Assembly (NCBI GenBank): GCA_002189035.1
Contig: CM007990.1
Location: forward strand, 5,022,001 to 5,086,000
Direction: 5' to 3'
Source of the DNA: Utricularia gibba
Taxonomy: Eukaryota > Plantae > Magnoliophyta
Length of the DNA stretch: 64,000 bases
Shown: positions 23,689-35,790 of the stretch, piece after piece
Layout: each line of letters opens with the position of its first letter
Position numbering within the stretch: position 1 is the stretch's first letter
Program-made: the position numbers and the translations under genes
The notes under the pieces: generated by a model
Databases searched by the model: none
What the model was told of the DNA's origin: nothing
The model's input: the letters and a program-made list of their open reading frames with translations, nothing else

Positions 23689-25576
23689 ATGGAGAATGCG
23701 AGAACCTTGATCGTTTGCGTGTGCCTCCTCTGTGGTGCTATCTGTGGATCATATGCTGCGGTTGCTGAATTGGGTCTTCTAGAGTAGTCTTTCAGGTATT
23801 CTTGCTTGGTGTTTTTCGGTGACTCGCTGCTTTTCTTTTCCTCAGTGGTATCATAGAATCGGCATCATCAGAGAGAAACTGATGTGGAGATTGCCACTCG
23901 ATCATTTTTTAGATTTAGTGATGGAGTTGCGATTCATAGTGCCAGAGATTGATATTTAGTTATTTCCTAGATCGCACATGATTTTGAGAGTCATCACTAA
24001 GATATTTATGAAAATATACTGCACATGGTCTTCATTTTTGGGTTTTTGATCATTTGATGCTTGGGAAATTGCAGACAAACTATGGGGATGTCGAATTTGG
24101 TTTCTATCCCAGCGTAGCACCGAAGACTGTTGACCACATTTTTAAGCTTGTTAGATTGGGCTGTTATAATACCAACCATTTTTTCCGGGTATTGGATTAT
24201 GGAAGAAGATACATTATTTTTTAATTGTTTACTGTGAAGTACTGAAGAAGGAAAAAAAAATGAGAGGTCAAAACCAAAACGTCCTCAGGTAGATAAGGGA
24301 TTTGTTGCTCAAGTTGCTGATGTTGTGGGTGGAAGAAGTGCACCTCTGAACGAGGTTCAGAGATTGGAAGCTGAGAAAACCGTCGTTGGTGAGTTCAGTG
24401 ATGTCAAGCATGTCAAAGGCATTCTATCAATGGGAAGGTAATTGCCTTATTATCTTCGCTTGGGATATGTGGATTATATCCTTTTTTTTTAAGCATCATC
24501 TTCGTTTATGTGGTGGGTACTGTTAATGATTTTCCTGGTTTATTTTCCATTCTTTTTATTCCTGTTGAGCTCAAGCACGCTACTATTTCATTACAGATAC
24601 TCTGACCCCAACAGTGCATCATCGTCATTCTCGATTTTGCTTGGAGATGCCCCTCATCTTGATGGCCAGGTTCACGGCCTAAGTTTTCTATAGCTATTGT
24701 CTTTATTCTAAGCATGATCCCGAGCAAAACCATTCTATAACCATCTATGATGTTTCTGATTTAGTATGCAGTCTTTGGCAAGGTCACTAAAGGTGAGGAA
24801 ACATTGAGAAAACTGGAAGAAGTTCCCACACGGAGAGAAGGAATTTTTGTAATGGTACAGAGCATTATATTTTTCATGTTCCCTTATATGTTTATATATA
24901 TCTTTTTGAAGCATACCAAATCGTCTTTTTGATTGCAACATTGGCTTAAGCCACTTTCTGAACTGCTCTTTAATTGATTCTTTATAGTCATAATTGCTCC
25001 TTGTTGATGTTCTGTTTAAAATGTATTGATGCTCTTGTTGAAATTGCATTTTCCACGTTCAGCCGACAGAGCGGATCAATATATTGTCCTCATACTATTA
25101 TGGTAAGGTTTGATCTTCTTGCTCTTATATATAAAAGCGCACTAGGCAGTTTGTAGCTGCTGTTCCGCTGTGTGCTCAATGCCAAAAAAATATAACATAC
25201 AATCCGAATCACATGCTCTTATATTTTTATTATTCCCCTGAAGCGCATTATTTATCCTTTAGATATTGCGAGTGACAATTGTGAGGAAGATAGGTTGGTT
25301 CTGAAGAGAAGGCTGGCCGCAGCTGCTGTTGAAATCGAAGAGCAGGTAATGCTCTTATGTAACGACTGTCACACATAGGACCTTTAATTTGAAGATTTTA
25401 GGAAAGCAATTATTATGTGGAATCATGTTCATTATTTTGTAAAAGTTGGGGAAAAGAGAGTTTTTTCTGCAACTTGAGAAAGATGTTGTGTTAATAATAA
25501 AATAACCCAACGTGCTCTTATTTCCTAACGTCTACATTTTGTCTTGACTCTGCAGAGAATGAAATGTTTTGTGTGA
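23689..25576 (+). CDS. CYP23: Secretory-pathway cyclophilin (peptidyl-prolyl isomerase), CYP23-like
   Basis: Signal peptide then ELGSSRVVFQ|TNYGDVEFGFYPSVAPKTVDHIFKLVRLG..HFFR|VDKGFVAQVADV..GILSMGR|YSDPNSASSSFSILLGDAPHLDGQ|YAVFGKV..|RMKCFV*. Eight GT-AG exons. Confidence 0.9.
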
Positions 25577-28500
25577 AAGTAACCCAAGTCACCACTTACT
25601 TGATGATGAGCCGGTTTCCACCTCCCTGAAGCCATCCCCTTACAGTCAAATTGGAGTAACCCATCCAGCTGCCAAAGCACAGTGTAACTTCCTTTTTTTA
25701 TTTTACAACTCGCCCCACTTCCTCGGTTCTCCACCATTTCACTTCTCGAAATCTTTGTTATGGACGCAATGACTGACGGATGTAACCCTTCAGCAGGAGT
25801 CAAGCTATTATAGATTTTGTAATCCAACCAATACTGTAGCTTTTCCCTTCCGTTGCTGTCAAAGTATGGACAAAATATTCTATGAATTTCTTTAGGAATT
25901 CTATTTTGTCTTTACTATGCTTCCATCAACGTGAATTTGCAATCAAGCAGCGGGAATTCCCTCTGGGAAACATCAGTTAAGTTGCTGGTAATTCTGACTG
26001 AGATAACCTGGCATACCATGTCCAGAACCATGGAGAATTTTGCATGTTAATTCTCTTGACAGTTGAGAAACTTAAGAACTAAGCCCATTCTGATCACTAA
26101 CTTTCTTTCAATTTAGGTGCATGGAATTGATAAAACATTGAACTTGTTCTTTCGCATTCGTTTTGTCAATGTTTACTATACATGAAATGTAACTACAGTA
26201 GGCGAAAAATACCGTACTATTGAAATACTTTGACAAGAATGCAAGAAAACAAGGATGGAACGGGGAATCTAGGCAATTATGTTGAAGAGTCCAAAGATCA
26301 GAAAAAAAAAAATTATTGGCAATGTAATCAACTTCTTGATGTGACTAATCTCTAAGCAGGTACTGTACATCAGCTTTGAAGGATATCTAAATTGTATGAG
26401 ATGCCCATTTCTTGATGGTAAAAGTATAATGTCCAACTTGATTTGCAATATGCAGTGTTTTGCTGATGGTAGGACCAACCATAGGCCCTATTGCATCCTT
26501 TGGAGCGGTCGCAGATTGCTATAATGCCATCACACACAGGGTGCCTGTCTCAGACTCTTACCTCTTCATTATTGATCTACTTGTTTGATGCTTTTCTTCT
26601 TCAGGATAAGAGTCCTTTGATGTTTTTGGATGTAGCGACAGTTGCAGAAAGATAAGCGAGCTATCTTCATGGCTGCTAAAAGGATAAGGGCATCACACTT
26701 GGCAAGGGGATGAATGAATGAATGAAATGAAATTACCATCCTGTCCTGCCCATATGACATGGCTCCTATCTGAGTATGTGTGCTAATCCTGGCCTATGGT
26801 AATCTTAAAGACCAGACTCAAACCTGGAAACACTTTCACGTGATTGAAGGGTGATGTCGCCCACCCCTTGGCATCGTGCCATGTTTATTTCTTCCTGTGT
26901 CTGTTTGCATTTCTACCGGTTAGGTGGAGAGCAGGCAGATCCACGTTCTAACATATTTTCATGTACGCAGAGCTGCAATCTCAGCCGAGACATTCATTCA
27001 ACAGGAAGTGAACATGCAGTCTTGGACAAACTCTTCCCCACAGGTGATTTATTTGTCTCATTCTTACGGTTGTGAAGGAACAAGATCAATGAGAGTTTTT
27101 ACAGTTGGTTCAGCCACTCAGATTTCCCAGCCTTCTGCTCCTGCGGCTGCTGATGCATCTGCATGCATCCCACCTCCCTTTTAGTCTTAGCAGTGGCGTT
27201 TCGTCCTTGGAAATGGAGTATCAGATCTCCCACGCAGGTCCTTTTCCTTATACAGTTACCTGGTCCATTGAATCACATGCTTCATGTCTGGGGGTGTCGA
27301 GGGGAACGTTTAATAATCAGGTTGGGTACCTTTGAGAGATGGACACCAGACATGATTTTAAGTTCTACCCTCTTGAAAACCCATGTCCTTACTTCCAACA
27401 CATTCCACTGATTTTTATGTCATATTTCATTTGTTAGTACTCCCTTGTAGTAAGGTTATGTTTAGTCAAATCCCACATCCCCACATCGATTACATAAGAT
27501 TTGAAGAAATTAAGTAGAATGACTACACGATATAATAATGTAAAATTATAAAGATTAACTAGCTGTGACATTCCAACAGAGCTATTTTTATTCAAGCTCC
27601 TCAGTGAATTGCCTTCAACGGCCTGGATTTGGCGCCTCTGCGGCCAGGATCTCTTGGGGCCTTTCCACGGCATTTTAGCTTCTTTCTTATTAAAAAATGA
27701 TCAACCTTGTGGACATTTGACAGCATCTGCTCACAAAAAGCAACCGAGTTTGCGTAGCCCAGATGCCATCTGGTGGTGTGTTATTGCAATTTTTGAAACA
27801 ATTCGACATGCCCATTGCAACTTGTTTAAAAGTTTCCGGGTTGATTCGATCAAAACGTTTCGAAATGAGCATCAAATGCCAAGATCAAACCCGTGTGATG
27901 TGTGGAATGTGTTCAGGATTCCAAATCGGACATGTATGCTCGCCACGAACTATGTCTGAACCCAAGAGCGAGACAGGAAGCGACTGTGTGGGTGTTTTCT
28001 TTTTTGTTTTTTGTTTTTTTGGGGGAGAATTAATAGCATAACATGGGCTTGTATTCCCAGACTGTGACATGTCGAGGCCCCGCAAAGTATGCCGATCATC
28101 GAAGAAATTTTGACCCGCCGCCCCACCTCGCGAACCCAGAGCCAGAGAGCCCTTTGTCTTTTTAACTATTCAGTGCATGAACTTACAGTGTTTTTTCAAC
28201 TGTTCATCTGATTCACGGTTACTGTATCTTTCCCAATTGTTGTTGCCTCACAGCATCACTCAACCGGAGCCGGGTCTGTGTCGTGTTCAATGATGTTTCT
28301 GCTGTTGTGCACGACCATTTTCCACCCCCACTTTCAGCTTCTTTTTTGGAAGAGAGAGGGCGTTAAATCTGGAATTTACTGGAAGTCGAACACACAGACA
28401 CCAAAATCACATCATAAAAGAAGAACAGACGTCAACGTGTCTGCTTTTGTGTGCATTTCTGGGGGAAATGAAGACATGCTTACGTCCATTGTATTGTGAT

Positions 28501-28680
28501 TGTGTAAGCTGAATAAACAAATACATAATAATGCTGTGAAAAGTTGGGGGGTTTGTTGTTGAAATCCTCTCAGTATAAAAGAAGGCATGCAGCCCTCTCT
28601 AGTATACACAAAGGGGGTGTTCTGTGTCAGCCCACATACTTCTTCTCTTGTCTGTACCAACCCTCATCTTCTGTTCCACC

Positions 28681-29325
28681 ATGTCTTCCCGGAGAAACCC
28701 TCGATCCCGACAGCCGGCCGCGCCCCGGATATCCGACGAGGAGATCCTCAATCTTGTCACCAGGTTGCAGTGCATAGTCCCGGAGACCCACCGTCGCCGG
28801 ACCTCAGACAAGGTACAGACTTACAGTCAAGCATGCTTTTCTTTATTTAGTACAAGGTCCCCGCCATGTAGAAGATTATCACTTAGGGTTAAAACTCCGG
28901 CAAGCTTAAACGTGAAAGACCATCTCCCAATCGTTGTCTCTCTGTGGGACTCCTTGCTTCCCTACCCACTGACAACAACTCTTTACTCTTGAATGTTAAT
29001 CTGGTTGTCGGAGGAGACTTCACTTACGTTCTCTGCATTTACTCACACGCCGGACAAGACGAAACCAAACCATATGCCTTGTTTTTTTGTTTCAAGGAGG
29101 GATGATTGCATTACATCCCATCCCAGATTGAATACTTCCAGTAACTTTGTTGAGCTGATTTCGCAGGTTTCAGCTGCGAAGGTGCTGCAGGAAACCTGCG
29201 ACTACATCAAGAAGCTGGTCCGGGAGGTGGGAGATCTGAGCGAACAGTTATCGCAGCTCTTGGCGACGACCGACGGCAACAGTAATGAAGCGGCGGTGAT
29301 CAGGAGCTTGCTGTCCAGAGACTAG
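28681..29325 (+). CDS. Atypical non-DNA-binding HLH, PRE/ILI family
   Basis: Exons 28681-28812 and 29167-29325 give [35 protein letters not shown]|[47 protein letters not shown] at 28574. Confidence 0.93.
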
Positions 29326-32149
29326 ATCCGATCCTACTCCCCCTGCTTACTGCTACTACTACTAGCGCCATCCCCATTATTATGCATGCTCCTAGGGTTT
29401 CTTTCCTACATGATGTATTTTACTAATGCAAGGGGCTTACTTTGCTCCTCTATGCCTAGTTACATCATGAGATGCAAAATCTTGGATCACTATATTACAT
29501 CAAGTAATTCAATATTGGAAAATTTGATGATGAATCACTAATATTCGATTATATCTAATTTTTTTAATATAATACATGTTTATTTATTATGTATTTCAAT
29601 TTCACATCCACGTGGTGTGCATTGGACACACATGATACAAAAGAAAATATATTGGGTGTTAAAGTTTGAAATTTGGATTTTTTTTTGGGAGCAATATGGA
29701 CACATAAATAAATAAAATGTTGAGTGTTTAATTCATTCTAAATGTATACATGTAATAAATTAATAAATATATATTTATTAGGCTGTCCCTACCCTCACAT
29801 ATCATTGATTTAATAGAAAATCAATGTCTTGAAACCCTAGGATCTGATTCAATCAGAATCACTCATTTTTTTAGATTGGATGCGAATTCATATTTCATAA
29901 TATATGGTTCATTTTTAAGTGGAATTGAAAACTTTTTTTTTTTGTTTTCTGCATTTTTTTAATATTTTTATGATATTATTTTCATTTTTTTTTATTCTGA
30001 AAAATCTGAATTAAATGGATTGAATTCATTTTTAAAACATTAAGAAAAAGAAAAATAAATAACCGAATTGGTTGATTCAACGGCTTACCGGACGGTGGGT
30101 CCCGTTTTATTTATATAATTGCAGTAGGCCCAGATGTTTTGAGCCTTCCGGGCTGAATCCAATACTGTGAGAGGCTCGGCCCAGTTCGTTGTCAAGACAA
30201 CCAAAAATTTTCCAGAAAACCGGAGATCTCTGAAACACTGGAACAGTAGATGCATTGGATTCTCCGGGGATGCGCTTTTGCAAAAGCGTGCTTTTCAGAA
30301 CACACATACACACACTCTCCCTGAAAGTCATCTTTCGAAGTTCCCGACCTTGTTACACTTTGAGCATAAAAAGAACGCCTTTAAGGGGGAGGGAGAGGGG
30401 GAGGGGGATTTGCCTTCTGGTTCTCATTTTATGAGTTGAGGAATGGTGCAAAGTATCATTTTCTGAGGAGGTTTGACTCTTTTTCCAATGTGAGACATAT
30501 AACATAACAACAGAGAAAAGGAAGAAGAATAGGAATAAGTAAAGGGAAAACGAATATGTGTTTGCGTTGGATGATGAGGGTGAAGGTGGGGTGGTCTGAG
30601 CGACGCTTTACAGTAAGCAGCATCAACACTCTTTTTTGTTTTTAAACTTTTTTTGCAGATGAGGGCTTGGCTCTTCAGGGAGTAATCATTCAAACTGCAG
30701 AGCATCTCTTCTTTATCTTTTGTCAGCTCTTCCTGTTCTCATCACTCCAAGGCACCCCAGGCCAATGGCTCCCGGTTACACCAACACACAGCTATGTGGC
30801 GCCGTCGCCGGCACCAGTCCCTTGAAGCAACGTTTGACTGCGAGGAAGAAGGATCCAAAGACATAGAAATTAAGATTTTTTTTTTTTTTGGAAGACATAT
30901 CCAGAGACACACACTAATAACGAGTTAACTTGATTTAATTTACTGGTTTATATGCCACACGCTATCGATTGATCCATGCTTTATGGAAAATTGTGCAGCG
31001 GCTTTGGGGGTTGTCCCGACAAAGCGTCGATGTCTATTGGAGATGGTTACGTTGCAGGAAAAACCTGAAAATCTATGTTAGTTGTCTATGCGAATGAGAA
31101 GTAAACAAGGATCTGGTAGAAGATCAATTCCAGTGGGTGTAAGAAAAATTACAGCTTTTAATGGTTGTAATGGTGTGATGTTGGTCGACAAGGGGTGAAA
31201 AAACAGACAGCCCCTGCTGATGGACATGAAGTGTAGGGTAAGAAGCTGTCTAGAAATTTGAAAAAAGGAAGGAAGGAGGGAAAGGAAACAGGTTTAGGTG
31301 AGTCACGATTGGACGTTCTGGAGCATTGAAGTGAAGCCAGCGAAGAAGACAAGAGAGCGGAGGGGAGAATGTGGGGTTAAGTCTATCGTGCCTGTTTACA
31401 TTAATTGCTTACACCTTCATGGGTTTCAGCGTCATCTCATCATTTGTCTTTATTCCTTCGCAATGTGGATGCAAGTTTTGAACTTGGCGCTCGAATCCGT
31501 TGGATTCAATGTTTCTTTTGAAATATATAGAAAAACCCCACATTCATTTTTCTGTGTTTTTGATGCGGGAGATAGAGAGAGAGAGAGAGGGAGGGGGGGA
31601 AAGGAAAGGGTTCAACTTTTGTACAGCAAGAAAGCAATCCTCCTCTTCTGAATCTCATTAAAAAACACAATCCCATGTTTGCTCATGTGGTGATTCTTCT
31701 TTCTAGATATTCATGCTTCAACTGCAGGCTCCATATTCGCCTTTTTTCCCTAATCTCGAGGACATTGGGAATGAACGGATTTGGAGTTCACACATTTAAG
31801 GTAAGTGCCTCCTTTGGAAATGTCTGTTACTATGTTGTTGTATGTTAAATTGAAAATGCTGCTTATGGGATTTGATTTAACTCTATCTTGCCTTTGTCCC
31901 AGAAGGTGAAAGGTGGAGAAAAGGTGGAATCCTAGGCGAAGAGATGGTTAAAAGACCAACATATTGATGCTTGTTTGATTCCGAATTTTGTGAACTTGGG
32001 TAGTGTTCAGGGAGTCAAGGATCAAAAGACCTGATCTTTCTCTTGAGTCTTGTGTTCTTTCTTCTTCTTTTAAATAAAGCACTCGCTCTCAAAAAGGGAG
32101 ACTTTTCTCTTCATTGAGCATGCAAGGTGGAGTTTGACAAGAGAGGGAT

Positions 32150-34597
32150 ATGAAGAAGAAGGAGATTCTTAGTTCTGATGCTTCTGGTAGTGAACTGCCA
32201 GAGCAGAAAAAAAGGCAAAGACATATTGTGTCCTGGTCGTCAGAGGTGTATACAAGCTTTGATTTTGATTGCTGGTTGACATCTTTTTCCTGATAAATTT
32301 ACTAAAAACACTGCCTTTGTTTTCGAATCAGGAGGACGAAATCCTGAGGGAGCAAATCAGGCTACATGGGACTGAAAAGTGAAGATTCTTGACTCTCTTG
32401 TTTAGTCTCTTTGATGTGGTAATGAGATTATCCATCATGTTTGATCAATTTTTTTGACAGCTGGGTCATTATTGCATCCAAGTTTAAGGATAAATCAACC
32501 AGACAATGCCGAAGAAGGTAGGTGAAAATCAAATGCTTCAATCTTTTCTCTGTTTCCATGGCGGTTTTCTCACTTGTCTTGTGTCCCTTTACTGTCTCAA
32601 ACTAGATGGTTCACTTATTTGAATTCTGATTTCAAGAGAGGAGGGTGGTCACCAGAGGAAGACATGTTGCTATGTGAGGTTAAAACAGCTATCTTTGCCA
32701 CAATATTTGTTCTTGGTGATCGAGAACCAGTTAGGAGCTGGTCATTTTCACGATCACAATTATTTTTCTCTTGCTTGATTTGCTTTTAGTTACTAAAACC
32801 TGGTGTGTATACAACAATATGATAAGGGTCTGATGATATCAACGCATTTCAGGCTCAGAAGATATTCGGAAACAGGTGGACTGAAATTGCTAAGGTTGTC
32901 TCAGGGAGGTAATCTGAAAGTAACAAAGCATATATATATATATGGTCTTCATTCTGTGTATGTTGGGAAGAGGCAATTTTAATTTCAAACGTTATATTTC
33001 TCAGAACTGATAATGCTGTGAAGAATCGGTTCACTACTCTGTGCAAGAGGAGGGAAAAGCATGAAGAGGCAGAAAGAAGAAGCAGTGGATCTGCTTTGGC
33101 CAATGCAAACAACCAAATTGTTTTCCCAAGTGGGATTAGTGCAGATGGAGGATCTGAGACTACTCCATCTCTGAAAAGGAAGAGGTTTGCTGAAGTGGCA
33201 ACTTCTGTTCTACTGAGATACTTTTTCTTCAATTGAATATGACCCTTGTTTTGTTGCTTATGTAGGATGCATATCTCGGATACGAGTGTAAACCGAGTAG
33301 GAGAAGCATCTGGTGAAAATGTTGCTGCCAAAGATCTGCATACGCTAGTTTCTGAAAGTGCCTGTAGAAATATCACCAGACTGCCTACTCAGCAACAGTT
33401 GGAGGAGAAATCACTTGATACAGGTAAGTGCTGGAGACCTCCTGCATTGAGGGAGGAAGCCATAGCTTTGTTATTTTTGTTGTTGTAATATGATTCATTT
33501 TCACTCATGCAGCAGAAAACAAGGGTGCTCACTTAGCATTTTTGTCAAAGGATGATCCGAAGTTACTTGCCTTGATGCAGCAAGCGGAATTACTCAGTTC
33601 ACTTGCTATCAAGGTTAATTCAGAACAGACAGATGAAAGCCTTGAAGATGCATGGACGGTTAGTCGGAAGTATAGTTTTCTGAAAACAGAGCTGTGTTTG
33701 TGTGAATGAACCTGATTCTTTGACACAGTAGACACATATAACCGAAAGACTTCAATGAAATTGAAGAAACAGACAATGCACTGTGTTTTTATTCTTGGCT
33801 ACTTCCTGTGCAGGCTCTTGAAGATTTCCTGAAGCAGACCAAGATGAGTCATCGACCAGCATCCAGAAATCCAGATGATGATTGTCAACTTGACAACTGT
33901 AATGAGGCTGTGGAGAATGAGGGGAGCACACGAGATCATTATGAATCTTCAGTAGCTAGCTCTGAGTACAGCAGTGGATCAACCCTGCCTTCGAGTGATA
34001 AAACAGAAGTATGCCAAGGTGAAATCTGTCTGCCACAACATGAAAACAGCCAGGAATTCGAAGCACATCAATCAGTTAATAAGCATTCCGTGGCTGAGGT
34101 GAAATATAGGCGCCTCAAGCCAAGCAGGATCGAAGGTAAACATTCTACACTGATTCATGGTTGAGATGGTAAAAAAATAAAACAGTTGATGTTCCAAGCT
34201 CTGAATCCTTCTACTGTGATGCAGTGGGAAACATGTTAGCGTGTAGTGATGTAAAGTGTGATGATGGAACCATAGCATATGGCTGTCCTAACACAGAGTT
34301 TGATTCCCCTATTCATGTGAATCCATTATTCAGAGCTTTGGCTGCTGCCATCCCCAGTCCGAAGTTTTCAGAAAGCGTATGAGTCTCTCTTTTGGCTGTC
34401 CTCTTGGCAATTCACACCCACATGAGGTGCCGATGAATTCTTGATTTCTCGACTACTTGATTAAAATCATTCCTTGCTTCCTGCAGGAAAAGAACTTCTT
34501 GATGAAGACACTAGGAACAGAACCAACTTCGCCTCGCCCAATAATGAATCCTTCACAACCTCCAGCCTGCAAGAGGTCCCTCCTCCATTGCTTATGA
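32150..34597 (+). CDS. Atypical R2R3-MYB, MYB88/FOUR LIPS (MYB124)-like
   Basis: RHIVSWSSE|EDEILREQI..|WFTYLNSDFKRGGWSPEEDMLLCE|AQKIFGNRWTEIAKVVSG|RTDNAVKNRFTTLCK. C-terminus SPIHVNPLFRALAAAIPSPKFSES|EKNFLMKTLG..PPACKRSLLHCL*. About 11 exons. Confidence 0.92.
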
Positions 34598-35790
34598 CTG
34601 ATTCCATTTTGGAACTGGGATCATGATCAGCCATTCCATAGCCATGGAATATCTTCTCTGTGGAGTTTTTTTCTTCTTGGATTGCAGCCATTTCGACCTG
34701 AGTTTTTCAAGATAGGCCTGTGAAGATCCTCTGGGTTCTGGGTAGCTATCAAGCTTCCTACTCCTTCAGGAGATCAACCTACATGATCTGCGTCCCATTT
34801 TTTTTCCTTCTTATGGTGTGGCAATTATTCTTTGTGTCTGTCGTGTGACGGAACTTGGATACGGTGTCCATAGTTCTGGTTAGCATTTGGCTAGAAAAGC
34901 CTAGTGTACATATGGACAAAGAGAAACAACAGTAAGTGTGGTAGTGCGTGCAACAAAACAAATGGCATATCGCCATAGAATGGTAAGAGTTGGAAAGAAT
35001 GGTGCAGTCAGTGTAATGTTTCTTTCCCTGTGGGTGTCAGTGTGCAATAAATTCGATTCATGTAACCATGTTTACTGGTTAGAAGAATGTTATTTTACTA
35101 CTATAAATTGCACCCTGTTTCTCTACCAAACACCAAAAGGGTAGCTTTGAGGAAAAGGCTAAGCAATAAATCCGTTGAAACATCATGAGTAGAAACAGGC
35201 AGATTTTATGAAACACAGAAAGGGAAATACTTACAGTGATTCACCAACTCTCATAACAGGAAATGATGAAGAGAAGAGGGGGTCTCCATGAATTCCTGTG
35301 CACAGGTTATTGCTGGTGATGGTGAACAAAGTTTGATCGTCACGGAAAGCAAAAGCTGCTTGTCAGAAAGAGGGAACTCTGTACAAAATAAAGTAACTGG
35401 AAGTAACACTCAATACCACTAAAAAAGCTACTTCATGAGCTTTAATAGGACATATCCACTTCCTTGTTCTTTCCTCTCTTCATCTTCTCCCAATTCTTCC
35501 ATAATAACCCAGAAATTATAACACTAACTCATCGCCTAAGCTAATCCGCCATAACTTGGTTTTCATAAGGTTGGAATGGTGGCCTAAACTACACGGCCAT
35601 AAGACATGATAAGGAAGGGTGAGTAGCCAAATCATGGAACATTGGAGAATTTTGACATTTAATGAACTCTGCGTGAAATAACATTACATGGCTGGATTTG
35701 TATACAATACGATAGTGTACATACTGCAGGAGGTGAAATAGCATAGCTCGAGTGACATGTGAAAACATGGATCCAGGGAGGGGTGTGCCC

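Noticed and set aside
26485-26505. ATTGCATCCTTTGGA resembling a miR393 complementary site
   Set aside because: Partial match only, no fold-back, and not within a TIR1/AFB gene.
27471-27488. TCCCACATCCCCACATCG resembling the snRNA/7SL/telomerase-RNA upstream sequence element (USE)
   Set aside because: No TATA box at the Pol II or Pol III spacing, and no recognisable U-snRNA 5' end or telomere template downstream.
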